Position numbers and translations under genes: made by a program. Shown piece after piece: positions 17,144 through 27,439 of a DNA stretch of 64,000 nt. The notes beneath the pieces are model-generated. The model had not been told where the DNA came from, searched no databases, and saw nothing but the letters and a program-made list of their open reading frames with translations. Positions within the stretch are counted from its first letter, which is position 1; every line of letters begins with the position of its first letter. Where the stretch lies: NCBI GenBank assembly GCA_038870635.1, contig JAVZJR010000001.1:212839-276838 (forward strand), given 5' to 3'. This DNA comes from Candidatus Bilamarchaeaceae archaeon. GTDB taxonomy: Archaea > Micrarchaeota > Micrarchaeia > Anstonellales > Bilamarchaeaceae.

Positions 17144-18130
17144 ATGGCTGCACAATTACCTGGTATTTGGGAGGGTGCGTGGTTGCCTTATAGTATTGCG
17201 GCAATCTTTATCGCACTTTTAATACAAGGCCTTATATATGCCATAGCCAAAGCTTTTAATCTCACTGAGTTAGAGAGAGGTACAAAATCAGAAATAATGC
17301 AGGTATTGGCTACGTTCTTTTTAGCTGTTTTTCTGGTAATAATAGTCGGGAGTCTATCTGATTATGTTAATAGTCAAATTTATGGAACAATAATGTGTGG
17401 TGGAAAAGAGGTAACAGTAGAAAACACTGCTAGTGCCCTTTATGTTATGCAATGTAAAGTAATAGAAAAAGCAAGAGCACTGGAAAGTATTCATCTTGCT
17501 ATAAGAGAAGAGGCAAACGACGCGTATTACACATTTTACTCAAGCTTTAATGTTATGGGGGTGCCTGTTTTCTCAGGTCAATATATAAGCGGTTTATATA
17601 AAACAATAGAAAATTATAGATATAAAAACAATCTAACAACAACTCTTCTGATAGCCCTAAATGCTCTAATAACATTTATTGCTTATATCGGAGCATCAAT
17701 GCTTACTTTCTTTTTACCTTTAGGTGTTCTTCTTCGAGCTTTTTATTTTACAAGAGGAATAGGTAGTCTTTTTATATCACTAGCAATAGGATTTTACTTT
17801 ATATTTCCATACGTATTTATAATTACTGACCCAGGATTTGTTAAATTACCTCCTCCTGAAAAACCATCACCTACACTTTCTAATGAATTTTGTTATCAAA
17901 CATTTTCTTCTGTAATTTCTATTGTAAATTATAATACAAAACAAGGCGAATGGAAACAACCAGCTGGCTCTGATTACTTTACCACAAATGACCTTGCAAA
18001 AATATATGCTTCATTGATATTACATCCATTAGCATCCCTATTTTTAACCATCATATTTGTAAGATATTTAATGTATCTTTTTGGAGAGGAATCATACGAT
18101 TTGTTGCGTATGACGGCGAGGTTGGTATAA
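17144..18130 (+). CDS. Multi-pass membrane protein, paralog 6 of 6
   Basis: GTKSEIMQV; LRAFYFTRGIGSLFISLAIGFYFIFP; C-terminal VRYLMYLFGEE. Confidence 0.75.
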   Translation: MAAQLPGIWEGAWLPYSIAAIFIALLIQGLIYAIAKAFNLTELERGTKSEIMQVLATFFLAVFLVIIVGSLSDYVNSQIYGTIMCGGKEVTVENTASALYVMQCKVIEKARALESIHLAIREEANDAYYTFYSSFNVMGVPVFSGQYISGLYKTIENYRYKNNLTTTLLIALNALITFIAYIGASMLTFFLPLGVLLRAFYFTRGIGSLFISLAIGFYFIFPYVFIITDPGFVKLPPPEKPSPTLSNEFCYQTFSSVISIVNYNTKQGEWKQPAGSDYFTTNDLAKIYASLILHPLASLFLTIIFVRYLMYLFGEESYDLLRMTARLV

Positions 18131-21100
18131 TGAAGAGAGCGATTGTTCTTATGTTTGTTTTATTTTTCATTTTTGGCTGTACAGTAGAAAAACCATTAGA
18201 CAAACCCACAGAAAAAATAAGCTGTTGTAATAGAACAGTAGCAGAAAATGAGAATAGGTGTGAGTTAGTTAACCCCCCCGGACACTTCAGTTATCAACCG
18301 GGACCTTGTGACTTAGAAAAAAACACATGCAACATTACATTACTAAGTGTCCAAAAAGGCGGAACTTCAGGATCTTTGGGTGGAAGCGGCGGAATTGGAA
18401 CAACACCTATAGGCGGCCAAACAAAAAAAGAAACAATAGGACTTGAAAAAAATATAATAGAGGTTCCGATATGTAGTGGAGTTACTACGGACACTTGCGT
18501 ACAATCAAATTGTATGGCGATGGTTTGTGGTGATTTTCTTTACAGACCAAAACCACTACAATCAATGCCTACTGAAGAAGAAATAGAAGCAGGTGCAGCA
18601 CTGCCACTTACACAGAGCGAGGAAGAAGGTTTCTCGCTTTACAAAGCAGATTGCAAGTTTTTCAAGATGGATGAAAACCTTTCGAAATTACTTGAAAGAA
18701 GTGGTGCAGTTGTAAATAGCTTTAGATTTGGCATCGGAAGCGAACGCCCGCACTTTGAAGATTTTGAAAGATTTAGATATTACTTTCCACCGAGTGATAA
18801 ATTTTGTAGTATAAATACTAATGGAAATATAGATAGGTACTTAAATTATCTAGAGGTATGCAAAATAGTAGGCGCTGCGAACTCAATTCTTTTATGCAAC
18901 CAATATAAAAACGAGTTAAACAAAACGGATCCTCTGTCCTCTATTTCAAAATATCAATGTGTACCTTACACCGCGAGTCTAAAGGAATCAAATAAAATGA
19001 ATTTTAGAAAATTATATCCTTTCTTATACACAAATAAGGAATCAAATGATAAACTAGAACCAAACAGTTATAAATTAAAAGAGAGGGGGGAGATAGACAA
19101 GGAATACTATGCAAGAGCTTTAACGGCGGAGTATAGTGACTTAATATTTAAACAAAATAAAACTGCACCTTTTGAGTGTGAAATAGATGAATGTTTATCT
19201 GGCTTTTGTAATAAAAAAGATTATAAACGATCAGTTATATTAAAAAAAGATGGTACAAAGATACCTGTTGATTGCCATTACGGAACAATAAATGAAAGAA
19301 GGGTAGTTGTATGTGCTTCACATACTGCAGACCCCGAGTTCAGATGGGACAGCTCATTAGACGATGTTAATGTTTATCCAAATTATCAAAAAATACCAGT
19401 TTATGTTTTACAGTCACACATATTAAAAGAGAGGGGTTCATGCTTTGCGGCGGCGGGTGACGAACTTTCAAAAATAAAGAAGAAGTCTTCGACATTTTTT
19501 ACAGAGGCCATAAATGAAAATTGGGAAACACTTACATTTAAGGAACTTGGTGATGCAAGAAATGGAAAATGTAAAGAAAAAATAAACCAATATTTAAAAG
19601 AAGATACATATTATGTTTTTATGTCTAATCCAGTTCATTTATTGAAAGATATAGCAACGAGAACAAACGGAAAGGAAACTGATAATCCTTCTTATTATTG
19701 TCAAGGTGAGATCTTAGATTGCACACCACGTTATGAATTTGAAAATATTTTATATTTACCCCAAAATGAAATTTATGAAATAGAAGTAATTCCAAGTGAT
19801 TTTAATAGTGCTATGGTTTCACCTAATGAAGATGATAAATGTCCTAGTGGTTATATAAAAGGTAAGAATAATATGTGTTATGCAACTTCATTAGAAAAAG
19901 GAAAAAAATATCTACCAGCAGCAACAATTTATTTTTTTAATAACCTAGATTTAGCAAAAGGTGACAACAAAAAAATAATCGGATATGGAATTGGTAAAGC
20001 AGAAAACAGTGATTTAATAAAAAAATGTAATATGAAAGAGGGCAAAGACTATGAAAATAAAGATATAGCTATAGCTAATCCTTCAGAAATCTATATACAA
20101 AAAGAAGATAACACAGGTAGCTATCAACTTGGTTTGCAGCTAGGGATGGATACTCTCAGAGAGATAATGCCTTATTTTAATTACGATAACGACAAATATT
20201 ATTTCGACTTATACAAAATAAAAGCAACAAGCATACCGTGGGTATTGGCATATATGTCATGTAAGGATGATAAAGCTAATAATTGTGAACCGATTACACT
20301 TACCAAACCGCAACAGAGAATACTTATAAGAAATAATATATTCGCATTACCACTTACTGATAATAACAAAGTGGTACTAAATTCTGAAGATTTAGCTAGA
20401 GAGATTAGTTCTCCAACAGTCATAAATTATGTTCTAGCATCACGTTATTTTTATATTATTTATAGCTTAGGAGATTGTGAAATGGAAGAAGGAAGCGAAC
20501 TCCCGAAATTAGAAGAATATGGATGGTGCGAACCTTGTACATATGCAACAATGGCGTATAGCGGTGTTCAACCCCCACCATCTACAGAAGAAGAATCAAC
20601 AAAACTTCATTATCAAAATTTACAAATTACAAATTATCTGAAGAATGGAATATTTCCTATTTTAGATTTCAGAAAAGCAGCTGAATATGTTGATCTAAGC
20701 CAATGTACATCAGATATAAATGGGCAATTACAATGTCCATCCAATGTAAAAGAACCATGGATAAGTGAACTAAAGCTATTAGTAAAGACAGATACAAATG
20801 AAGATTTAGGACCAATTATAATCCTTGTTGGTAGCAGCAGAACAAAATACATGGTTGATCCTTGGGTGGCAAAAGAACAAACAAATAAAGTAAAAGAAAT
20901 ATGTAAAAAATGTTTGGCAGCAGTTCCGTTTTATGCTTCAGCGAGCTCTTACGCTACAGAAATATATGCAGATAATGAAGTAGTAATTACAAATTATGTT
21001 GATAGAGATGTAACCAATGAAATGGGTGAGTTATTTAAAAAAGCTAATAATATTGATGTAGCAGTAATAGAGTTTCCTATTGCAGATGTTATGATAGATT

Positions 21101-22653
21101 ATGCAAAAGACAGCGTCTGGTGGAACTCAAGAACAGCAAAAGAAAAAGCAGATATTGTTGTTGAAAGAATGTATAATTATGCATGGCAAATAAATTATGA
21201 AGCAAGAAAAGCAGGAAAACAACAGCCAGTACCAGTAGTGATATTATTTAACCTAGAAACAAATGAAGAAAAAGGCTGGCCAGTCTTCAACAGTAAAGAC
21301 GATACTACAGCACAAGAGAACAAAAGAAGATTTTATGCAGATTTTTTTGCTAATATATACTTATCAAAAGATAAATTAAGAAAAGCAGGAGTTATTGGCC
21401 TTGTTTATACCCCATTGAGCGCAAAAGGACAAACACCACCAGAATATCCTGCTAATATAGGAATAGTTAATCTTCCTACTAGTTTTGGTTCAAAATTCTG
21501 TTCTTTCCAAGAAGGAACATATGATTTTGTCAGTATTGAATTATTAAACAAAATAAATAGAATAACGCAGCCTAAAGAAAAATGTGATATGTTTGCAAAA
21601 GAACAAACCGTGCAATTCCAACAAATATGCCGCCCAGATGCAACAGGATGGGAGGGAGATATATTCAACTGCACTCTTACTTGTTATAATCAAACGGATA
21701 GTTGTTCCCTTATGTGCAAGCTGCAAAAATGCACTTCAATGCCACCAGATGCAGAACATTCAGATATATACTTATCTTGTGAACCCCCAACAACAAATGG
21801 TTTCATTAATTGTATGTTTAAAAATGGAAGAAAAATAGTAGGAGAAAAAGACTACAGTGAAACTGCCCTGTGTCAAATAAAAAGCCCATCTTTAAATCCT
21901 CAAATACAACAAAAAGAATGCAGCATAAAATGTGATAATGAAAATGGTGGTTGTAATCTAAACTGCGTAATTCAGATATTCCCAGAGTACTACTGGTGGA
22001 AAGATTTAGCTAAGTGTTTTATAGATACTTCATCTATAACAAAAAGCTGCGGACAAAAACTCAGCCCAAGCGGTGCGATTTATTGCCAACAATGTAGCTC
22101 AAATGAGTATTGCGATGAATCCTCAATGATATGTGATGACGGTACGCAATGTGTTGCCCCACCTGGAACAACCGGTCCTTATAAATGTCCGAAAGGATTA
22201 GTGAGTGAAAAATGCCAATTATGCAGTGAGAAAACAGGCACAGTCTCTTGTTTAATGAGAAGATATACCGAACCGAAGGCTATTGATCGTTTTGCTATAG
22301 GGGCCGGACTAAATTATGATAGTTATTTCAAAGAAATAAAGTATTCTTCTTTAACAGATGCAGATATGGATATAATAGCAAGATTGCCAAAAACAGATAA
22401 ATGCTGCCTCTTAGATGATGAAAATAAAAAATATACATACCTACTAACAGAAATGAACGCAATAAGTAGCACTCCAGTGATATTTGCTACTGGTCAACCA
22501 TCACCACAAGCAAGCTTATTACAAGATTGTGGTTTTATAGACTCAACGATAATTAATGCGCAAGGTGGGTTAAAGATATGTGGGATAACAATGACGCCAG
22601 ATGAACCATTAGCATGTAAAAAAACTGGCGAGTGGGTAACTTATGATAAGTGA
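18130..22653 (+). CDS. Giant Cys-rich surface lipoprotein-type protein (1507 aa)
   Basis: TAATG overlap; MKRAIVLMFVLFFIFGC signal/lipobox; about 67 Cys by hand count; no further TM segment. Confidence 0.75.
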   Translation: MKRAIVLMFVLFFIFGCTVEKPLDKPTEKISCCNRTVAENENRCELVNPPGHFSYQPGPCDLEKNTCNITLLSVQKGGTSGSLGGSGGIGTTPIGGQTKKETIGLEKNIIEVPICSGVTTDTCVQSNCMAMVCGDFLYRPKPLQSMPTEEEIEAGAALPLTQSEEEGFSLYKADCKFFKMDENLSKLLERSGAVVNSFRFGIGSERPHFEDFERFRYYFPPSDKFCSINTNGNIDRYLNYLEVCKIVGAANSILLCNQYKNELNKTDPLSSISKYQCVPYTASLKESNKMNFRKLYPFLYTNKESNDKLEPNSYKLKERGEIDKEYYARALTAEYSDLIFKQNKTAPFECEIDECLSGFCNKKDYKRSVILKKDGTKIPVDCHYGTINERRVVVCASHTADPEFRWDSSLDDVNVYPNYQKIPVYVLQSHILKERGSCFAAAGDELSKIKKKSSTFFTEAINENWETLTFKELGDARNGKCKEKINQYLKEDTYYVFMSNPVHLLKDIATRTNGKETDNPSYYCQGEILDCTPRYEFENILYLPQNEIYEIEVIPSDFNSAMVSPNEDDKCPSGYIKGKNNMCYATSLEKGKKYLPAATIYFFNNLDLAKGDNKKIIGYGIGKAENSDLIKKCNMKEGKDYENKDIAIANPSEIYIQKEDNTGSYQLGLQLGMDTLREIMPYFNYDNDKYYFDLYKIKATSIPWVLAYMSCKDDKANNCEPITLTKPQQRILIRNNIFALPLTDNNKVVLNSEDLAREISSPTVINYVLASRYFYIIYSLGDCEMEEGSELPKLEEYGWCEPCTYATMAYSGVQPPPSTEEESTKLHYQNLQITNYLKNGIFPILDFRKAAEYVDLSQCTSDINGQLQCPSNVKEPWISELKLLVKTDTNEDLGPIIILVGSSRTKYMVDPWVAKEQTNKVKEICKKCLAAVPFYASASSYATEIYADNEVVITNYVDRDVTNEMGELFKKANNIDVAVIEFPIADVMIDYAKDSVWWNSRTAKEKADIVVERMYNYAWQINYEARKAGKQQPVPVVILFNLETNEEKGWPVFNSKDDTTAQENKRRFYADFFANIYLSKDKLRKAGVIGLVYTPLSAKGQTPPEYPANIGIVNLPTSFGSKFCSFQEGTYDFVSIELLNKINRITQPKEKCDMFAKEQTVQFQQICRPDATGWEGDIFNCTLTCYNQTDSCSLMCKLQKCTSMPPDAEHSDIYLSCEPPTTNGFINCMFKNGRKIVGEKDYSETALCQIKSPSLNPQIQQKECSIKCDNENGGCNLNCVIQIFPEYYWWKDLAKCFIDTSSITKSCGQKLSPSGAIYCQQCSSNEYCDESSMICDDGTQCVAPPGTTGPYKCPKGLVSEKCQLCSEKTGTVSCLMRRYTEPKAIDRFAIGAGLNYDSYFKEIKYSSLTDADMDIIARLPKTDKCCLLDDENKKYTYLLTEMNAISSTPVIFATGQPSPQASLLQDCGFIDSTIINAQGGLKICGITMTPDEPLACKKTGEWVTYDK

Positions 22654-22825
22654 TCTTATGAAAGTGATGAATAAGCAAAAAATTGAAAGTACAGAACCAA
22701 AAAAATTAATAGAAGAAATAAAAAGATTAAGGAAGAGGATAAGAGAGTTAGAGCAAGAAAATAAAATACTACAGGACCAAAACAACAAAACAAATTATAG
22801 ATTATATAGAGATATAGAAAGATAA
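22643..22825 (+). CDS. Small coiled-coil protein
   Basis: 60-aa ORF overlapping the giant gene stop; LIEEIKRLRKRIRELEQENKIL heptads; start uncertain. Confidence 0.5.
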   Translation: MISDLMKVMNKQKIESTEPKKLIEEIKRLRKRIRELEQENKILQDQNNKTNYRLYRDIER

Positions 22826-23752
22826 TTATTTAGTCAATATCTCACAACCATCTGTGGTAACAAGTACTGTATGTTCTGCTTGACTTACTAATCCATTCCC
22901 TGCATCTTTTAGGACAGGATACCCTGTGATTATCTGCGCTTCTAAAAGCTCTCGAAGTGCTGCGTTTACAAGTATTTTTGAATTAAACTTCCTCATTACC
23001 CACCTTTCAGCAAATGGTAATAAGTGGTATTCTTTTATTATATGTTCTAAGATTTTTTTTGATTGACGCATAGTAGTGCTGCCAGGGCCATAAAAGCTAA
23101 ATATCCCGACTTCTTCAGCATCTTCGACGTAACCAGCACCATTAGTTATAAACGGTTCTATAGCATAGATCTCTCCCTCTTTTATAATATAATCGTCATC
23201 TGTTTTTATATTTGGAATATCTATACCTGCATGTAGCAAGCCTGTTTTTATCATATGGCCGCTTAAATTGCTTATTGGCTTAAAACCATACTTCTTGGCG
23301 ATTCCTTCTGTGATCGCTCCGAGGTCACCAATCTTAACACCTGGTTTTATAGCTTTTATAACTTCAGAAAGTGCCTCTTCAGCCGCATCCACTAATTGCT
23401 TATTTTTCTCGCTTAGGTCGATAGTATAAGCAGTATCACCTATAGCACCATTAACAGATACACCAATGTCCACTTTTAGGATATCTGTTTCCTCAACAAC
23501 GGTTGTATCATCTATGGATGGTGTATAGTGTGCAGCAATACTGTTTTTTGAGAGATTCACAGGAAAGGCGGGTTTTGCTCCCTCTTTCTCTATCATATTC
23601 TCTATAGTTTCAGCAATATCCAACAATGGCTCGCCAACCATGATAAGTCTTTTGCTTTCTTCTCTTATTTTAGCTGCTATCTTTCCAGCTGCTCTAAAAT
23701 CTTCGATATTGTCTTTTATATTTAATATACTTTCATCTAACTCTTCTGCCAT
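22826..23752 (-). CDS. map: Methionine aminopeptidase type II
   Basis: PAFPVN, AAHYTP, KVDIG, DTAYT, NLSGH, AIEPF, SQAEHT. Confidence 0.96.
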   Translation of the reverse strand: MAEELDESILNIKDNIEDFRAAGKIAAKIREESKRLIMVGEPLLDIAETIENMIEKEGAKPAFPVNLSKNSIAAHYTPSIDDTTVVEETDILKVDIGVSVNGAIGDTAYTIDLSEKNKQLVDAAEEALSEVIKAIKPGVKIGDLGAITEGIAKKYGFKPISNLSGHMIKTGLLHAGIDIPNIKTDDDYIIKEGEIYAIEPFITNGAGYVEDAEEVGIFSFYGPGSTTMRQSKKILEHIIKEYHLLPFAERWVMRKFNSKILVNAALRELLEAQIITGYPVLKDAGNGLVSQAEHTVLVTTDGCEILTK

Positions 23753-23799
23753 ATTTTCTTTTCACAAAGAGTGTTTTTAATGCTAACGGCTATCCAAAA

Positions 23800-24852
23800 C
23801 TAAAACAAAGCAATCCAAAAAGAAGGTCGCACCAAAGCATGCTTAAATAGATTACCTAAAAACTCCATATCGCCATATTTACTTAGAAATTCTTCTATGT
23901 TATTTTTTTTCAAAATTTTTATCTTTAACTCCATCTCAGCATCAGTTTTTTTATTTAAAAAAGAACGAATAAAATTATGTAAAAATAGTTGTTTTTGATA
24001 CTTAAAACGCCATTTCAATTCGTAATCGAAGCTACTCTTTGCTGTTGCTGCTATTTCTGCACACCAACACCCAAAAAGAACACCTCCACCTGTAGTTGGC
24101 TTAACTTGTCCTGCTGCATCACCTACCAATCGCACGTCATAACGATTAATTTTTTTTGCAGTAGATTTTCTTACATCCAGTGGGATAACATATGCTTTTT
24201 TATTTAAAGCTTTAACATCAAGTTTCCTCTCTAATAGTTGGAAAGAGTTATTCACATTAAAAGGAAGACGAACGCCGCATCCAATTTCAAACAATCTTTG
24301 CCCTCTTGGCACTACCCAACCAAGAAAACCCGGAAAAGATGATGAAAAGAATACTTTAACTTTTTGCTCATCCCAATTAGCCCTAACTTCCCCCTGCATC
24401 GTTCCAACAAACTGGCTGATTTTTGGAAACTTAAAAAAATCTGCTGTACTAGAAAAAGCGCCATCTGCACCTATAATTGTGCTTGCCTCATAACTACCAA
24501 CAACTCTATCTTTGTATTTTAGTTTTGCTCCTTCGTCTTCTGCCATAGAAGCGAGAATCCTGTCAAATTTTTGTCGATTGCAAACAACTGCGATTGGCGT
24601 TTTTTTAGCTACTGTTATGCACTCATTACCAAAATAAATGTCTGCACCGTATATCTCATTTTCAACACTTTCTTGCCAGTTTACGTATTTTTTAAGTGTT
24701 TTTAAACCACTTAAAGAGAAGAGACCAGTGCAGGGCTTTCCACCAGCAGAGGAGTGCTCCTCGCTAATAAGAACTTTTTTACCTTCTCTTAAAGCAGCAA
24801 TGGCGGCAATGCATCCAGTCGGGCCTGCGCCAACAATATGTAAATCAAACAC
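23800..24852 (-). CDS. Geranylgeranyl reductase-family FAD-dependent oxidoreductase
   Basis: VGAGPTG, IGADG, GWVVP, LVGDAAGQVKPTTGGG. Confidence 0.85.
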   Translation of the reverse strand: MFDLHIVGAGPTGCIAAIAALREGKKVLISEEHSSAGGKPCTGLFSLSGLKTLKKYVNWQESVENEIYGADIYFGNECITVAKKTPIAVVCNRQKFDRILASMAEDEGAKLKYKDRVVGSYEASTIIGADGAFSSTADFFKFPKISQFVGTMQGEVRANWDEQKVKVFFSSSFPGFLGWVVPRGQRLFEIGCGVRLPFNVNNSFQLLERKLDVKALNKKAYVIPLDVRKSTAKKINRYDVRLVGDAAGQVKPTTGGGVLFGCWCAEIAATAKSSFDYELKWRFKYQKQLFLHNFIRSFLNKKTDAEMELKIKILKKNNIEEFLSKYGDMEFLGNLFKHALVRPSFWIALF

Positions 24853-24902
24853 AAAAATAATTCATGTAATAGCTTTTTATTTTTTGGTTTTCAAAAGAGA
24901 TT

Positions 24903-26033
24903 ATGGCAGACTTTGTTGTTAACCCGTGGGAAGTAAGCGGCGAGATCGATTACGAGCGTTTAATAAAAGAATTTGGAACACAAAAGATAACAGACAGTTT
25001 AAAAGAAAAATTGGCGAAATTGGCTGGCGAAGAGCACGTAATGGTACGACGGGAGTACTTTTTTTCCCATCGAGACCTAGATTTGATTTTAAGAGATTAT
25101 GAGCGAGGAAAGGGATTCTTTCTTTATACTGGAAGAGGACCATCTGGACCTATGCACATTGGCCATCTTATACCGTTAATTTTTACAAAATGGTTACAAG
25201 ATAAATTCAATGTCAACCTCTATATAGAGATAACGGATGACGAAAAATTTCTTTTCAAAAAACAATTAGAGTGGGAAGATGTAAAAAAATACGCAAACGA
25301 GAATATCTTAGACATTGCCGCTGTTGGTTTTGACCCAGATAAAACTTTTATCTTCAAAGATAGCGAATATATTCGTAATGTGTACCCGCTTATGTTAAAA
25401 ATTGCAAAAAAAATAACTTTTTCAACTGCAAAGGCAGTCTTTGGTTTTACCAATGAGACCAACATCGGAGCGATATTTTATCCAGCCTATCAAATAGTTC
25501 CAACCTTTTTTGAGGAAAAGCGTTGCCTTATACCGAATGCAATAGACCAGGACCCATATTGGAGAATACAACGAGATATAGCAGAAAGTTTAGGATATCT
25601 AAAAACAGCTTCAATCCATTCAAAATTTATTCCTCCTCTTCAGGGCCCAACAGGCAAAATGAGCGCAAGTGTGCCAGAGAGCGCGATTTGGCTAAGTGAT
25701 AGTGATAAAGAGGTTAAAAGGAAAATAATGAAATATGCATTTTCTGGCGGACAACCAACAGTAGAAGAACATAGGAGGAAAGGAGGCAATCCTGCGATAG
25801 ATGTATCTTTTCAGTGGTTATCTATAATGTTTGAGCCAGATGATAAAAAACTTAAAAAAATAGAGGAGGACTATAGAAACGGCTCACTATTAACAGGCGA
25901 ACTAAAACAAATTCTCATAGACAAAATAAATGATTTCTTAGAAAAACATAGAGAAAGAAAAGAAAAAGTAGATATCGAGGCCTTTGTTAGAACGGGCAAA
26001 TTAGCTGAGAAGATGTGGGAAACGACCTATTAA
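24903..26033 (+). CDS. trpS: Tryptophanyl-tRNA synthetase (archaeal/eukaryal type)
   Basis: VNPWEV, YTGRGPSGPMHIGH, AIDQDPY, KMSAS, YAFSGGQ. Confidence 0.97.
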   Translation: MADFVVNPWEVSGEIDYERLIKEFGTQKITDSLKEKLAKLAGEEHVMVRREYFFSHRDLDLILRDYERGKGFFLYTGRGPSGPMHIGHLIPLIFTKWLQDKFNVNLYIEITDDEKFLFKKQLEWEDVKKYANENILDIAAVGFDPDKTFIFKDSEYIRNVYPLMLKIAKKITFSTAKAVFGFTNETNIGAIFYPAYQIVPTFFEEKRCLIPNAIDQDPYWRIQRDIAESLGYLKTASIHSKFIPPLQGPTGKMSASVPESAIWLSDSDKEVKRKIMKYAFSGGQPTVEEHRRKGGNPAIDVSFQWLSIMFEPDDKKLKKIEEDYRNGSLLTGELKQILIDKINDFLEKHRERKEKVDIEAFVRTGKLAEKMWETTY

Positions 26034-26596
26034 TCAGCATTTATGTCTACATTTTGTTTTTCTTCTTCTACTTTGAAATATTCAAAATCTTTCATCCCTA
26101 AAAGCTTCGCTATTATAAGGTCTGGAAATGAATGAATCCTAGTATTAAACAAATAAACTGAATTATTGTAAAATTCCCTTCTGTCAGCTATTTGATTTTC
26201 TAAAAGCACTAATTCATCATGGAGTTTAGAAAAATTTTCGCTAGCTCTTAATTTTGGATAGTTTTCTGAAACGATAAATAATAAATGTAGAAGGTTATCT
26301 AATCTTTTATTTATTTGGGCTTTTTTTGGAATTGATCGAACATTTATTAATTGCGATCTAAGAGCAGTAAGCTCGTTTAGAATTGTCTTTTCATGTTTTG
26401 CATAGCTTTGAACAACTTCGACTAGGTTTGGAATCAAATCTGCTCGTTTTTTTAACAAAACATCAACATTCGCCCAAGACTTATAAATTTGATTACGTAA
26501 CTCTATTAAAGAGTTATAAATAGAAAATATGTAAAAGAAAAATAAAAGGATTACAAACAAAAAACAAAAACAAATATCAAACATAAAATTCCTCAT
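26030..26596 (-). CDS. lemA: LemA family protein
   Basis: N-terminal TM, YNSLI, WANVDVLLKKRADLIPNLV, ENYPKLRA, RREFYN. Confidence 0.92.
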   Translation of the reverse strand: MRNFMFDICFCFLFVILLFFFYIFSIYNSLIELRNQIYKSWANVDVLLKKRADLIPNLVEVVQSYAKHEKTILNELTALRSQLINVRSIPKKAQINKRLDNLLHLLFIVSENYPKLRASENFSKLHDELVLLENQIADRREFYNNSVYLFNTRIHSFPDLIIAKLLGMKDFEYFKVEEEKQNVDINAD

Positions 26597-27439
26597 TTAG
26601 AAGATGTTAACAACAACAAAAAATATTAAAATTATAATAACTGGAACTATTATAAACAATAGCGCCCATGCGATAACACTCAAAAATTTTTTATTTAAAT
26701 TTTCAATAATTTTTTTCTCTTCCCTATTACCAATATAAAAAATACCATCTTTGCCTTTTGTAACATATAACGGAGACGAAGCGCCTGCTTCAAAATTCTT
26801 CTCAACCGAACCGATAACATAGATGTTTTGATTTTCTTCTAAGATGTATTCCTCGACCTTAAATTTATCATCAGAAAATTTCTTCAAATGTGGCTCTCTT
26901 TCAAAAATTGAATTAAGAAACTGAATCGCACGGTCATCAAGTTTTTGTCTAGGAAGGCCAGCAAAACCAGAAGGTGTTAGATGACCTTCTGAAAAAAATA
27001 CTTGGTCGATATCAAAAGTATCTTCTTCTTTAAAAGATGGTGAAAAAGGATGAGATATCTTATTTAAATCTATAAGTAAAGTGCCTGTTTCATCTTCTAA
27101 GTAAAAAGAATTGAATGATTTATCATGATATATCTCGAACCAACCGCGCTTTCGGCCTCGACGGGAATAATGAAAAACAATTAACTCATAGCATGCGCAA
27201 TTTTTTTTTGAAATAGGACTAATAACTCTTTTTATTGGTCTTACCTTTCCATAAAATTCTGCAAGACCATAAGCAACCGAGCGAATCTTAGATGTTGGCA
27301 AATTTTTGATTTTTTGTATTAAAGAATGATAACGTAATGCTTGGTAAAGAAAAAGAAGAATAAAAACAAAACTTGCTGGAAACAAAAAAACAAAAGACAG
27401 GGCGATATATTCAATCAGACACCCTAAATTTAAATCCAT
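26597..27439 (-). CDS. GIDE-domain-like membrane protein (two terminal TMs)
   Basis: LPTSKIRS, SPISKKNC, FYLEDETG, EEYILEENQNIYVIG; start codon uncertain. Confidence 0.7.
   Translation of the reverse strand: MDLNLGCLIEYIALSFVFLFPASFVFILLFLYQALRYHSLIQKIKNLPTSKIRSVAYGLAEFYGKVRPIKRVISPISKKNCACYELIVFHYSRRGRKRGWFEIYHDKSFNSFYLEDETGTLLIDLNKISHPFSPSFKEEDTFDIDQVFFSEGHLTPSGFAGLPRQKLDDRAIQFLNSIFEREPHLKKFSDDKFKVEEYILEENQNIYVIGSVEKNFEAGASSPLYVTKGKDGIFYIGNREEKKIIENLNKKFLSVIAWALLFIIVPVIIILIFFVVVNIF

Noticed and set aside
5158..22825. Integrated conjugative element or provirus at tRNA-Arg
   Set aside because: No integrase, relaxase, VirB4/VirD4 ATPase, capsid gene or duplicated tRNA 3' end was found; the locus looks chromosomal
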